Shown piece after piece: positions 28,201-39,600 of a DNA stretch of 64,000 nt. Both the position numbers and the translations under genes were made by a program. Where the stretch lies: positions 1 through 64,000 of the IMG/VR virus record IMGVR_UViG_3300043774_000656; one strand, given 5' to 3'. The first letter of the stretch is position 1. Each line of letters starts with the position of its first letter. The DNA comes from a virus. The notes below the pieces were generated by a model that was not told where the DNA came from, did not search any database, and was given only the letters and a program-made list of their open reading frames with translations.

Positions 28201-30283
28201 TATTAGTTCTCAGATATCTATTCGGTACACTGAATGTTGTAAAAAGATCAATGTCAACTATGCTCTTGCTTCTAGGGTTATCAGTACCTCCTAAAAAATA
28301 ATAAAGAAAATAATCAGGATGTGTAAATGCAGGTGAAGTGGTTATCAGCTGGACTTGATTTGCAGACATGAATGTATTTCTACCTACAACCAAACTATTA
28401 AATCTAGGTCCTGCGACCTTGGCAATTATAATTACCTTATTGTCTATTGAAGTTGCTTCATATAGAGTATCTTCCATATTACTGATAGCTGTAGCCATTG
28501 CTTTTGCAATTTCACTTGTAGTTCCAGTTGGGCAAAATGAAAGACCATTTGCTTCACCTGGTGTAGTAACAGTGGAATCAGCTACAATTGTATTCGGGAA
28601 GAAGTCAGACGATACAGTTTTAGTAATTATAATATCACTAGTTCCTGTAATAATTATATCAAAATTATCATCAATACAAGATAATTGTTTTTCAGCCAAA
28701 AGCAAAACGCCATTCTTAACAGTTGCTGAATATCTTTCGAAAATAGGTAAGCCTGAAACTTCTATTTCATATTCGATTTGATCTAAAACATCTTCAGGAT
28801 TTGAACTGACTACGGAAATAGGTAAAGAAAATGTACCAGCTTCATCAGTTAAAGTAAGAGTATCACCACCATCTGCAGTGATAACTTCTATTTCATATGA
28901 TTGTTTTTTGGGTAAAGCAATTACATAACTATCACCATCTGGTATTTCAGTTAATACTTCTATGTATGATGATGCTTTACTAGCTTTATCTGGGACTTTA
29001 CCGTATGTTGTTAATATAGTTTCTTCAAATCCTGTAAAATCTAAAAGATCTATTGAAGTATTTTGTAATCTTACCTCATCTGATAACCAACTGTTATCGT
29101 AGTTTAAATTATAGAAATTACCGTTCTTATCTTTTACATAGAAAATACTATCCAATGTACTAGCATCTGAAAAGCTAGGTATAAAACTATTCGCAGTTAA
29201 ATTTGAACCAACGGGTATGTCATATGACGTTGTAGTAAATTCAGTATCTACATAAAGCTTCACACCATTTGCATTTGCTATAGTGTAGGTATTCTCATTG
29301 TTAGCCGCAAACTGAGTATCAGTTTTAGGTTTAGTTTGTTTATCACCCTGTGATCTTAAATAAAACTTGTTACCATCTAATCTAAATGTACCTTCTCTTT
29401 CTTCATTTACGAATAAACCAAAATATCTGTTGATCTCAAATGAGCTAGCATCTGGGTCATCAAATAAAAATTCAAGGTTGATTATATTTGCACTAGTCAA
29501 TCTATTTCTTTCAAATCCATTTGTAATAAAAAAGTCATTCTCTAGAATAGTTCTGTCTGTAACAAATAAAGTATCATAAACATTTTCAGATTTACTTGTG
29601 AATCCACCTGGCTTATCAATACTTATACCATTAAAATAAGTACCCTGATCGGATCTGGTTGTAAAATTGATTGATGAGACTGGGAAGCCTTCAGATGTTT
29701 TATAATTTCTCAAATATCTACCGATGTTTGTAGAGTTAGTGAGATCAAACGTCTTTATGATCTTAGCCTTTGAAAGAAAAAGATCTTTTATGTTTGCAGG
29801 ATTATCAACAGTAGCAGCATTCGCATTCTCAGTCGCTGCATCTTTATTATTTACGGTAACTGGACCATCGACTCTAAAAATTATAAAATAGTCCGGTATA
29901 TTATTCTCTAACCAAATAGGTGCAAAGATACCAAATTCTTCTTTATATGAATCTGAGTTTACTGAAAAGGAGCCATAGCAATAGTCCAGATCGAACTGTG
30001 CGCCATAGTTATCTAATACACTATAATCTGAACTTGGCTTTTTAACATCATAGAATAAATCAGAAGGAACATTGCTAAAAACTCTAGCCACATCGAACTG
30101 ATATGAAGAAGACGCAGACGTCTTTACAGCCTTGTACTTTGACTTAGCCAGCTCATCATTTGCGTCGATACTTTCGATGAATGTATTATTAGAACTATCT
30201 ACAACAACCTTAACGTTACCGGTTATTTTAGGGTTAGTTCTAAGTATTCCGAATGAAGCATCTTGTAAAATCTTAATACTCAT
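25211..30283 (-). CDS. Very large virion structural protein (probable baseplate component)
   Basis: 1690 aa ORF within the contiguous structural operon; no recognised motif. Confidence 0.5.
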   Translation of the reverse strand: MSIKILQDASFGILRTNPKITGNVKVVVDSSNNTFIESIDANDELAKSKYKAVKTSASSSYQFDVARVFSNVPSDLFYDVKKPSSDYSVLDNYGAQFDLDYCYGSFSVNSDSYKEEFGIFAPIWLENNIPDYFIIFRVDGPVTVNNKDAATENANAATVDNPANIKDLFLSKAKIIKTFDLTNSTNIGRYLRNYKTSEGFPVSSINFTTRSDQGTYFNGISIDKPGGFTSKSENVYDTLFVTDRTILENDFFITNGFERNRLTSANIINLEFLFDDPDASSFEINRYFGLFVNEEREGTFRLDGNKFYLRSQGDKQTKPKTDTQFAANNENTYTIANANGVKLYVDTEFTTTSYDIPVGSNLTANSFIPSFSDASTLDSIFYVKDKNGNFYNLNYDNSWLSDEVRLQNTSIDLLDFTGFEETILTTYGKVPDKASKASSYIEVLTEIPDGDSYVIALPKKQSYEIEVITADGGDTLTLTDEAGTFSLPISVVSSNPEDVLDQIEYEIEVSGLPIFERYSATVKNGVLLLAEKQLSCIDDNFDIIITGTSDIIITKTVSSDFFPNTIVADSTVTTPGEANGLSFCPTGTTSEIAKAMATAISNMEDTLYEATSIDNKVIIIAKVAGPRFNSLVVGRNTFMSANQVQLITTSPAFTHPDYFLYYFLGGTDNPRSKSIVDIDLFTTFSVPNRYLRTNNDKNITETITKIKSVFYYTDEEIRDRNGKLIGFKDFDKYCVVAINDKFDVFRDSMGSIYLYELYDIPFGRFSIFPMRSMDFDFLSTEYGDEKELNTEIDYYSQFPDPNSTAPTFPVTQEDVFDFYNRTSFTTLLNTLTSEVISFQKGQQAISSPNIESEYERLKENDLIETSVPSRTVPYINKWVYRNGKNVRETDYRLTVSEAFGITNFSPASDEKNRNVNYFTHEWYYLQKLPRYYGLFPAERLDKVFSYFPDPIDVTSTGLLDCNSDYFTEYFTVDYLKYPIIDGTATGVTAIATGDLIQPFTVFDEVPVPVVKQLRYSTFEGASSQNFASTLFRGIKVLVKERVENQIVIDYDISSIKTKYSTRYNDYKFSCVLIPHDGQYGGVPRKTIEYEFLENRKFKSITFLIYLKIDDLLCTTEYFENNQYSTVRNDYLDRTILYALKSKVTSLDSSIPTAYDDIILSGAIDGVRTSNPASATGSYLMANANASFLRGIQNVAGQETLFIEEVLNNKDGGYNKISVEPAGSGAQLFQVKNVLNNSIVNVVDLLSEYPSFTDGWSFLTDFAKETGTYTYLEGGYNFWTNRLNKVSFAAIQDLVNQGDPSIKYTTIMEDCSIIQNMFIIELQSANYVMKSNYLRPFETIDRSNTTTEIDVLVGNKLEFSRTDSKISPIYRHIGYYQPKFNDTLYFLDPYTVELDLAIDSKEYLIKTRMKDKNTQFMFINDFGVIPNFYLHKVNDVNPSSITQLSLKSSFLPVYPKSGQISIDYKDFYTFKTNWDASYFQKFFEKNTKTNIAGTRSVIEKRSFFGSKIMKIEDSITAETFDAIRANSEEELNTLGRDILKPDNPYEIVYYEDSRRFILDVYLEKRIIQLISELGVYDFFNKYINPIYGFGSEEDIVDDVNGYIQSNIVPRYKLGNLSLYVLKSGNVKLNQQFPIINSTLTDAQKIINGYKIDSNVQYVPLNGINNFNVRLIYNKTAGFNYSIAPSFRLNKK
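25270..25277 (-). promoter_or_regulatory. Possible internal late promoter GATATATA
   Basis: Motif at the 3' end of the 1690-aa gene, 65 nt upstream of the fibre start. Confidence 0.4.
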
Positions 30284-30296
30284 TTATACTTTGAAC

Positions 30297-33200
30297 TTAT
30301 TTATTCCCTGTTATCGGATTCTTTGTAGCTAAATTTATATTTGGTTGTGTACCAGGTATATTCTTAGTAAGATCTTTAATAGCGTTAGAGATCGATATCG
30401 AAGGTATGTTATTTATACTCAAGTTATCTACAGAATACTTAGCAAATATCTCAAGGTCGAATGAAAATCTTTCACCGTCTATATCAAATAGATCAAAACC
30501 CATTTGCTTTGAAAAAACAACATCTGTAGTTACACCAGTATAATCTCCACCTACTGCACCAAATCCTTTAATACCTATACCATAATAATCTGTCATTCTG
30601 TATTGGAATACAAGTGGTATTGAAATTGAATTTGCTTCACCGACTACAATAGCTTTAGTAGAAAGAGCATCATCACCATCTACTAACAAAGTATCTTCAT
30701 CTCTAGGTAATAAGAACATATAGCTTCCGCAGCTTGCTCTACCTAAAAGAAACTGATCATTATTTTCAAATGCAGACTTTATTGTATTACCAAAGCCAGA
30801 CTGATCATCATAATAAAAACCTGTTTGTCTTTTACCGTCAGCAGCTGAAGAAATCAAAGTAGCCGTTTTAGCCATTCTGATTCTGTTAACCATTGTATCA
30901 CCTGCGCCGGTCAATGGTAAATTATTGATAGCAACTAAAGGGTGATCGACATGGACAAGTAGAGTATTACCTGATGTATAATCTGTTGCAACAGCTGGGA
31001 TAGTTGTCGATGTTGTATTAGGCACAGTGGCACTATAACTACCATTCCATATAAATTCTGTTGCATTAGTACCGATCAGCGTGTAACCTACCGTATCTAC
31101 AGTGTATTCATAATCAGCAGCAGTAGGAGGCGCTGGTACTAAACCTGTATCAATATTGTAGTCAATATAAAAATCTTCAGTGTTACCTATATTTCTATAT
31201 CTACAATAAACGTATTGACCTCTTGATTGGCTTGATTGCCTAGATGAACTAGGGTTTTTAACCATATCATTGATTGTATAACCAGCAATCGGTAAAGTAG
31301 TTGGTGACACGGGCTGTGAGAAACCAATAGGCACAAAATCATACTTACCTCTTGTTGTGTAATAGGTATCATTAATCACAAACGGGTCAATTGTAGTAAA
31401 CCCAAATTTACCACCTGATTGATATGCTCTTCTTAATCTATCTCCTGAAAGTCTAGATATCAATTCAAGCGAAGTAGCTTTAATGTTACTTAATCTAACA
31501 AAGTAGTTCTTTGATACAATTGCACCTTTTCTTATATTCAAGTTCTGTACATCCTTCTGGTAATAACCTGCAAATAGAGTAGTAAGTGTGTCCTTTTGGA
31601 TAGGAGTTGATACACCGTTATTATCAAGTATGGAAACTGAAAGTTCTCCTCTAGATCTCTGTATGAATTGTTCTAAGACATCAATTCTATTTTGAAGACC
31701 AACAAGGGCATCGAACAAAGTAATTGGTGTTTGTTCAGCTGAAAGGAAACCAGATGCAATCGCTGTACTAGCATGTGCAAAGTATTTGCCATTAGAACTA
31801 AATGATGAAGACAAATGGGTATCAATACCTTTAGATTGTAGATCTTCATTTAATTGAACTCTTGCAAGCTCTCTTTCATTCTGCTTAACTATATCTGTTG
31901 TTGTATCAGGTTGTATAAGTTCCTGTGGGAACTCTACTGTAACAACTTCACTGTAATCAGACTCTAATGGATTTGAAGGATAGCCAGCTTCAGAAAGAGA
32001 TTTTATTCTAATCTGTACTGCTTCTCCCTGTTGAATTGCAATATCTAACTGGTTGATATTTATAGTATCAGCATTCTCTACATTTTCAATAGCCCATGAG
32101 TACTGACCTGTAACTTCATCCATTACTCTCTTTCTAACAACAGTAGGTGATACTACCCAGTTGGTGAAAGCACCTCTTCTTTCTGCGCCGTTTTTATCTA
32201 CAAAAGATAATTGCTCTACATTATTAGCCGTACCTGATGTGTCTACATATCTGTATTCTACAATGAATTGTACAACTTCTTGATTACCTGTAAACTTAGA
32301 GAATTTAGGGTCCGGTATTTGCCAGAAACCTCTTACTCTATATTTAGGCTGCGCATTTAATAGGTCCTGTGACGTAGACTTAGCTTGTATATCTTGTACA
32401 GTTGAAGCAAAAAGCTGAGCAGTAGAAGCTCTCTGATCTACTAATGATTGCAATTCATTAAGATCCTTTTCTCTTTCTACATCACTGCTATATTGCTTAG
32501 TATTGATAGTAGTTCTCTTAACTGATATAGCAGAGTCCTTCTCTTTAATTTCAGAAGCTAATCTATTTCTATCATCAGCCAATCTTTTTATATCACTGAT
32601 AACAGGATTATCTGTAATGTGATTATTGATTTGAACTACTTTAAAATCACCTGCAGCAATAGAAGGTGAATCTGGATTTATACCATACGCAGAAGGTACC
32701 ATCTTATCTTTAGAATATGATAGCATCATCTGACCAAAGTCAACTGCTTGATTTCTATAGAAAGTATCTAAAGAAAGTGTCTGACCATTTGCCAGAGTAG
32801 TTGAAAGTTCATTAGTTAAGAATGCAGTACCAGGAGACCAAAGCTCAGCTGGCAGTTTTGAAGTAGGGCTTATAGGTTTAATGAATGTAACTAGATATTC
32901 ATCAAATCCTACCGGTATATCAATTGAGATAGACTCTTCTAAACCTTTATAAATTGAGAGAACATTTGCTCCAATTGTTACAGCGTCATAACCTTCAATT
33001 ATTTCAAGTACAATAGTATTACTACTAGCGTCAATCTCAGTAACTCTATAACGTGTGTTTTTATTATCATTATTAACCATTAACTGGTCGCCAATCTTAA
33101 GACTGAGCGTATCTGGGCTGCCAGAAAGTACATCAGTATACGTTAACTTATTAAGCTTATACGTCTTACGTCTTATATCTGTAGTTACACCATTTGATAA

Positions 33201-33878
33201 TACCTGCTTGGTAACATCTGATATTTTAATAACATCGAATTTACCAATATAGTTAATTGTTCTAGGAGGTGTATCTAAAATTTCCTCATCTAAGACAAAG
33301 GATATACTTTGTGAAAGAAGATCACTTATAAGTTGTGTAAAACTAATGTCTGATCTACCTTTTAAGTTCTTATTAAAGTATCTTCTTTTCTCTTCATTAT
33401 CGATCTGTAAAAGATATCTTCTTACCAGGATGTTTTCCGTATCAATAGGAATTTGGCCAGAAAGATCTAAGCTAACATACATCAATGGGTCAATAAAAGA
33501 CTCAAAGAAATAATTACTTTTTATGTTAAACGTAACAGGTGCTGCAACTGAATTTATATTATCTGCAGGTAGTTTAAGCCTAGATGCAATTATCTTTCTA
33601 TAGCTACCATCAGACAGTCTGACATTAACGTCAGTATCTCCAGTTCCTGTTAAATTTTTGATGTTATTCTCAGCATCTGTAATCCTCTTAAGAAGGTGGC
33701 CGAAACTAGGTACCTGTATACTTTTCAGAGTATCATTATCATCGAATAATTGAACTGTTACCGATTCTCTGTTAGTGGTAATAGCTTCATTTAATCTTTG
33801 AAAAACTTCAAGGGCATTTCTGTTCAGTCTAATAAACTGAGACATCAATGTTGATAATGAATTTTTAGTATTACTCAT
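30297..33878 (-). CDS. Large virion structural protein
   Basis: 1193 aa with coiled-coil segments and an Ig/FN3-like stretch; structural operon context. Confidence 0.5.
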   Translation of the reverse strand: MSNTKNSLSTLMSQFIRLNRNALEVFQRLNEAITTNRESVTVQLFDDNDTLKSIQVPSFGHLLKRITDAENNIKNLTGTGDTDVNVRLSDGSYRKIIASRLKLPADNINSVAAPVTFNIKSNYFFESFIDPLMYVSLDLSGQIPIDTENILVRRYLLQIDNEEKRRYFNKNLKGRSDISFTQLISDLLSQSISFVLDEEILDTPPRTINYIGKFDVIKISDVTKQVLSNGVTTDIRRKTYKLNKLTYTDVLSGSPDTLSLKIGDQLMVNNDNKNTRYRVTEIDASSNTIVLEIIEGYDAVTIGANVLSIYKGLEESISIDIPVGFDEYLVTFIKPISPTSKLPAELWSPGTAFLTNELSTTLANGQTLSLDTFYRNQAVDFGQMMLSYSKDKMVPSAYGINPDSPSIAAGDFKVVQINNHITDNPVISDIKRLADDRNRLASEIKEKDSAISVKRTTINTKQYSSDVEREKDLNELQSLVDQRASTAQLFASTVQDIQAKSTSQDLLNAQPKYRVRGFWQIPDPKFSKFTGNQEVVQFIVEYRYVDTSGTANNVEQLSFVDKNGAERRGAFTNWVVSPTVVRKRVMDEVTGQYSWAIENVENADTININQLDIAIQQGEAVQIRIKSLSEAGYPSNPLESDYSEVVTVEFPQELIQPDTTTDIVKQNERELARVQLNEDLQSKGIDTHLSSSFSSNGKYFAHASTAIASGFLSAEQTPITLFDALVGLQNRIDVLEQFIQRSRGELSVSILDNNGVSTPIQKDTLTTLFAGYYQKDVQNLNIRKGAIVSKNYFVRLSNIKATSLELISRLSGDRLRRAYQSGGKFGFTTIDPFVINDTYYTTRGKYDFVPIGFSQPVSPTTLPIAGYTINDMVKNPSSSRQSSQSRGQYVYCRYRNIGNTEDFYIDYNIDTGLVPAPPTAADYEYTVDTVGYTLIGTNATEFIWNGSYSATVPNTTSTTIPAVATDYTSGNTLLVHVDHPLVAINNLPLTGAGDTMVNRIRMAKTATLISSAADGKRQTGFYYDDQSGFGNTIKSAFENNDQFLLGRASCGSYMFLLPRDEDTLLVDGDDALSTKAIVVGEANSISIPLVFQYRMTDYYGIGIKGFGAVGGDYTGVTTDVVFSKQMGFDLFDIDGERFSFDLEIFAKYSVDNLSINNIPSISISNAIKDLTKNIPGTQPNINLATKNPITGNK

Positions 33879-33879
33879 A

Positions 33880-35949
33880 TTACTTTATAATGTCTATTGC
33901 GAAGGTATAGTTTACGTTATCCAAACATATAAGTTCAAATATAGGCTTAGTACTAAGATCAACCGATGTGATAGTTCCTATTGCTAAACCTAAAGATCCT
34001 TGTCCGAACTTATCAAGCTTGTCAGTGTATATAATCACGTTCTTACCGTTAATGTTGAAGTCTGTATCAAATGAAAATCTAATTGCTTGACCTTCTTTAA
34101 ATGATACAGCACTGTCATCTATATAAATTTTAATATCTGCTAATGCTGAATTTTGGGTATTCATTCTAATCATATTCGTAAAAGTTTCAAGCTTAATATA
34201 AGCCCTGATTACGTTCTGATTTAGATCTAATGGTGCTGCACCTGTTATCGGGAAATTAAAGTTGATATCAGTGAATATACCATTTATGTTATATTGCTGT
34301 ACAGTATTGAAAACTCTTACTATGTTAGGTGTAGATTTATCTAACTGTATACCGTCTCCTGCTTTAAGAACATCTACATTGTATTGCAGATTAACAGGAA
34401 CTGTACCATTAAGTATAGAAGTTATAGTATCGTTTGTACTAGCAATCAGGTCAATAATAGAATTTGAATTAGACAAAGCTAACTGTGCATTATTAACCTG
34501 TGCTTCAACTGCCGTCATTCTACTTTTAAGCTCATTGACATCTTCCTGTGAGAAGATCATCGTCTCTAGCTCATTAACTCTATTGTTGACATCAATTAAA
34601 CTATTCTGTGACTGTAAAAGAATCCTTGTAGCTTCTTGTAATTGGACACTTGTGTCAATAAACAAGTCCATTGAAAACTGACTATAGTCATTGATGATAC
34701 TTTCGATAGTTGAATTATCAACACTGGTATCAAAATTCAAATTAAGTTTAAGGCCATATGAGTTACCATTAAGACCTGTAACCAAGTTAGGTTTAAACTT
34801 CTCGAATCTTTGGATATAGCTTGTGCTAGCAGTATCTGTTACGTTATCAATAAAGATAACACCATATAGATTTGTTGCTCTGTCATCTGGATTTGATACA
34901 TCATACAAATCATAATAAACTAAGATAGCATTAAAACTAAAATTCTTAGCTTTATAGCTAGAGTTGTATTCCTGTATAGTGCTTATTTCTGGATCAACAG
35001 CTATATCATAGTAGTCATCAGCATTCCAGTCTACAGTAATACCATCAAGTCTATTTCTTAAATAGGTTATTGGTGTAAACGCATCGGCACCTGGATAATC
35101 ACCTGGGTATTTAGTTATTTCAACTGTAGTCGCATCTGCAAATGTAGTAGGTGCTGTAAAATAACTATCTGGGTTTGATACAGCCCACCACTGTGCTAAC
35201 GGGTCTGTGTATGTTATTGCAACATCTTCATCATAGAATGCAAATAGGCTAAGACCATCTGGCTGCAGAGTTGAAGAATTTCTACCATAGATATATTCAC
35301 TATTACCTGGTGATATAATCATATCAGGCATATAGTTAGTATCTGAAACTGTGTCAAATAAAACTACTGGTGTATTACCAACCCTTGTAGGTACATTGAA
35401 ATAGATTTCAGTATAAGCCTGTCCACCTTTATCTACGTTATTAGTTACATCAATATCGCCAAGATATTGTACAACTCTGTCATATCTTCTAGTACCAGAT
35501 GAAACCTGGTTTTCTTCAGTGAATAGTGTTCCAGTATTAGGACCCTTTTCGGTTGCTGTAGCCTCTCTAAATCTTATTGCACCAAGCTCCTTAAGCCACT
35601 TAAAGAAAACTCTTTCAGATACTGATCTCTTTAAAGATGTATCATAGTCATTATCAGCCTGTAATAAAGCTTCTATGTTTAATGCATAGTTCTGAAATGA
35701 CTCAGCTAAGTTTACGTTATTATCAGAGTTCAGACCATTGAAAATAGCACCATCAATAGTTCTAAACTGGATATAGTTTTCTTTATGTAAAGGTACCTCG
35801 ATGTTAGGTATATTCAGGAGCGCATACTTCGAAAACTGGAATTTAAGCTGATCATTGTTAAATGTTTTCGATAAATCTTTTGCAGCGGATGCAAATGCAT
35901 AGAATACGCCACCACTTATCTGGGGTGTTCTAATTAAAGGTGTTGCCAT
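33880..35949 (-). CDS. Virion structural protein with central coiled coil
   Basis: 689 aa with heptad repeats around residues 430-510; structural operon context. Confidence 0.5.
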   Translation of the reverse strand: MATPLIRTPQISGGVFYAFASAAKDLSKTFNNDQLKFQFSKYALLNIPNIEVPLHKENYIQFRTIDGAIFNGLNSDNNVNLAESFQNYALNIEALLQADNDYDTSLKRSVSERVFFKWLKELGAIRFREATATEKGPNTGTLFTEENQVSSGTRRYDRVVQYLGDIDVTNNVDKGGQAYTEIYFNVPTRVGNTPVVLFDTVSDTNYMPDMIISPGNSEYIYGRNSSTLQPDGLSLFAFYDEDVAITYTDPLAQWWAVSNPDSYFTAPTTFADATTVEITKYPGDYPGADAFTPITYLRNRLDGITVDWNADDYYDIAVDPEISTIQEYNSSYKAKNFSFNAILVYYDLYDVSNPDDRATNLYGVIFIDNVTDTASTSYIQRFEKFKPNLVTGLNGNSYGLKLNLNFDTSVDNSTIESIINDYSQFSMDLFIDTSVQLQEATRILLQSQNSLIDVNNRVNELETMIFSQEDVNELKSRMTAVEAQVNNAQLALSNSNSIIDLIASTNDTITSILNGTVPVNLQYNVDVLKAGDGIQLDKSTPNIVRVFNTVQQYNINGIFTDINFNFPITGAAPLDLNQNVIRAYIKLETFTNMIRMNTQNSALADIKIYIDDSAVSFKEGQAIRFSFDTDFNINGKNVIIYTDKLDKFGQGSLGLAIGTITSVDLSTKPIFELICLDNVNYTFAIDIIK

Positions 35950-35952
35950 CTA

Positions 35953-36597
35953 TTAAGAGAATGATACGTTATGATAAGCTACTGCGTACCAAGCTCCATT
36001 ACCTGAAGAGTCAACCATGAATCTGAGTGTAATGTTAGCTCCAACTTCAGATAAACTTACCGTTTGGTTTGTGTAACCTGAGCTTGAACCAAATACAAAC
36101 TGACTGGTACCAGATGCTGCTATATCAATAGCACCTGCAGCTTGTTCGCAGAAGAAAGTAACTTCTTGTCCAAAATATCCATCATCTACCGCAATTGTAT
36201 ATCCGCCGGTAGTAATGTTTTTAATTGCATAGTTTCTGCTACCTGTTGTAGGATCTACTGTAACTGTAGCACCTGTAATACCTGAATCAAGTACTGCAAA
36301 ACTATCATGTGCAACCAAACCGTTTATTGTCGTTACTGCAGAAGATGAAGTAAGAGTAAGGTTTGTATTGATATTAAACACTGAAGATGTTATCTCCATG
36401 AAATATGAAGAAACCGGTCCAACTCTAAGTTCACCGGTCTGTAATGAAACTAAACCATCAATGGTTCCAGCATCTGGATCAATATAAGCTTCAATAGCAT
36501 TGATCTCATCTTTAAGAATGTTAAAGTTGTCATTGATGATAGGTCTAGAAGCAGTTAATGAATCTGTTCCTAAGATATTGGTTACAGTTATTGCCAT
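35953..36597 (-). CDS. Short fibre / baseplate connector protein
   Basis: N-terminal ILGTDSLTASRPIINDNFNIL resembles the anchor motif of the 1445-aa fibre. Confidence 0.55.
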   Translation of the reverse strand: MAITVTNILGTDSLTASRPIINDNFNILKDEINAIEAYIDPDAGTIDGLVSLQTGELRVGPVSSYFMEITSSVFNINTNLTLTSSSAVTTINGLVAHDSFAVLDSGITGATVTVDPTTGSRNYAIKNITTGGYTIAVDDGYFGQEVTFFCEQAAGAIDIAASGTSQFVFGSSSGYTNQTVSLSEVGANITLRFMVDSSGNGAWYAVAYHNVSFS

Positions 36598-36604
36598 TTT
36601 GGTT

Positions 36605-39600
36605 TTATTTTATTATTAGTATGTTTTTGGTAGTTTTCTTTTTATTACCATTAGTATCTTGTAACTGAAGGCTTAATTCATACCTACCTGATCGCTTAAA
36701 AAGATAAGTGAACCAGCGTCCAGTAAAGTATATATCATCGGTACCAGGGCTGTCAAGATTCCTTAAATTCCATATAGGAAGATCTTTACCGGGTATCTTA
36801 GACATGTCATACGTGAAAGTTAGATGTGTCAATCTAGGTAAGAATATACCATCTGTCAAGAATCTAGTATCATTGTATGTCGGATTGTTAAGCTCAGTAA
36901 GCTGTTCATATCTTATATCAATTGCAGGATCTTGCCATGTAAAATCAACCCAGTCACCATTCTGACCTGTGTATTTAGCAACGGCTTGTACAAATTGTAG
37001 TATTAAATTATTACCTGAATCTACGTCGTACACCTTATTATAGATAAATTTACTAAATACAGGGTCTGTAGTATTATTCAAATCGTCTGCAGCTGTATCT
37101 AAATTACTGGTAGTAAATAAAAATGTACTAGTGTAAGGATATGGATATGACTGTTGCATAGTCATGCTTGAACTCGCAGTAACATTATAAATTCTAAAGT
37201 TAGCAGGTGTGTCACCGCTTACTTTACATGATTGCCACCATAAGTGATATGAATCATCCCATGATCCAGCTCCTAAATTATTCCAGAAATATGGACCAGG
37301 TGTATACAGATCTTTATAGACATCTACTTCAGGGTTAGTAAAGTGGTAACATAAAGACTGGTCAGGATTACTATTGTTCAATATGTAATTAGCTCTATCA
37401 AGAGACTCATATAAACTGGCTTCACCTTGGAAGTAACTTGAACTAGGTGCTATAGGTAAATCCCAGCTAGAACCGTATTCATTCCAGATATACTGTGGGT
37501 AATATGGACTAACTGGTTGACCAGGTAGAATAGGCTCACTTAATACAGGTTGCTTCTTCATACCAAAGATACTATTCCATGTATATTGAAGCTCTCTGAA
37601 TTTATAGAAACCTACAAACTCAACTTCTCTAGATAAAACTTCTACATAGTCTTTATAGATTTTAGAAGATAGATTATTATATGTGTCAAACAATCTAAGT
37701 TCTACGTTATAAAAACCGACATACGGTAAATTTATAGCTACTGTATTATAAGTTGCTATATCACCTCTTATTTTAAATTCATACGCAGGTGACTCATCTG
37801 TTTTATCTTTAAAGACTCTCCATTCAAGTTCATAGAAGTTACCTTGACCAAATGTGTCCCAACTCAATAATGTATTACCTGAAGCATACGACTGTGAAAG
37901 AGTAGGATTATTTCCAAATGCACCATTATCTTGAGTAAATGGTTTAAGCTCTATTCCAAAGTTACCTGCTATAACCTGACGTAATCTAAATGTTTCAAAG
38001 TTAGAATCATTATCTTTATCAACTACAGTACCTTCAAAATAGGTCCATGGTTTACCATCACCGATATTATACTCTGCGTTAAATGAGGCTAAAAGACCTG
38101 CAGCAACCTGAGAAGGTGTATCACCAAATGAAGCAGTATACGATATCTCTTTACCACTCTGTACATCTTTTACAATGAACACATCACCAGAACCTATGTT
38201 ACTGGCTATAAAATCCATAATTAAAACACCATTAGCCCAGAGTTCATCCCATTGAACTTCTGCATCTATCCAAGTCTTTGTAAAACTTTTATTTTCTAGA
38301 ACTACTGGAAAGCCAACAGGTATTCCAGGTTTATCTGGCAATTGTGCAATCGTATTTAGATTAGGACCATAGTCTTGGAAATAAGCTAACAGTACAGGTC
38401 CGATATCACCTAAAATTTCAGGATTTAAATCGTTAAGTGTAACGAATCTATCCAAAAAGTAAGGTGTAAATTCTGGATCAAATAAAGAATTTAAAGGTCT
38501 CAAATCTTGGATATAACCAAACTTTGGTGTAACTTCAAATACCGGGTCTATACCTATTTTTAAATAGTCAATTCTCTGTTGGTCATTCCAAGCAGACGTT
38601 ACAGTTTTACCGAAGTAGTCAGCTTCACCAATAATATCTATAATTCTAGAACTTGACGGAAGGAATCTCTTTCTTAAAACCTCTTTAAGACCATACAGCT
38701 TTATTAAAGCTTCTTCTAATGTAAATTCATCAGTCTCTGTTACGACAGGTATATCATATTGATCTAGCTCATTTGTAACCTGGTTTATTCTATAAACTAA
38801 AGAAAACAGTGCAGTTTTCTTGTAGATTTTATTAGGTACGTATGTGTTAGGATCGTTTACATTAACTGTTCTATCAAATACGTCTATTACAGTAGTAGTC
38901 TTATACTTACCGTAGTTGGGTGAAGTGCTATCGACATTAAGCCAGTATTCCCTAAGCTTAACGTTATTATATCCAAAGAACTTTATAGCATTGATTACAC
39001 CTTTATATGAGCCGATGAAGTTTTGGATATTTTTACCCTCAAGCAACATCTCCTTTCTCTTCTCGTTTAGAAGCATAAAGTCAGGAAGTGCCTCATTAAT
39101 GTCTGAAGTTCTAAATACAGGAGAGTCTTCTTCAAATAAACTATATCCTAAATTCTGAATCAGAGTAGTTAAACGTTCATCTTCACCAACAACCTCACCA
39201 TAGAATTTAATTCTGGCTATCATTTTATTAGTGCCATCTTCCTCTATAATAAGATATCTTTCAAAGACACCTTCCATTTCTGAGACTATACCTATATTAA
39301 ATTGTATGCTCTGGCTGGTGATATCATCAGTAATTATCTGGCCAAATGATGTGTACGATTGTGTAGGATCTATATCTACGTCTACTATAGCCGTATTAAC
39401 TACATTGAGTTTAGGTTTACTTTGTGCTAGATTAAAAGTAAACAATATGAATTTATCATTCTCATCCGTTTCGTCTTCCCAATATGCTCTCCATGTGGAG
39501 CCATCATATGAACCTGTAGCCTGAAACGTTGCATTAGGATCGCTGTAGTGTGGTACACCCCATCGTGTAATACCACCAGTAGTTAAAAACTCTTCTAAGA

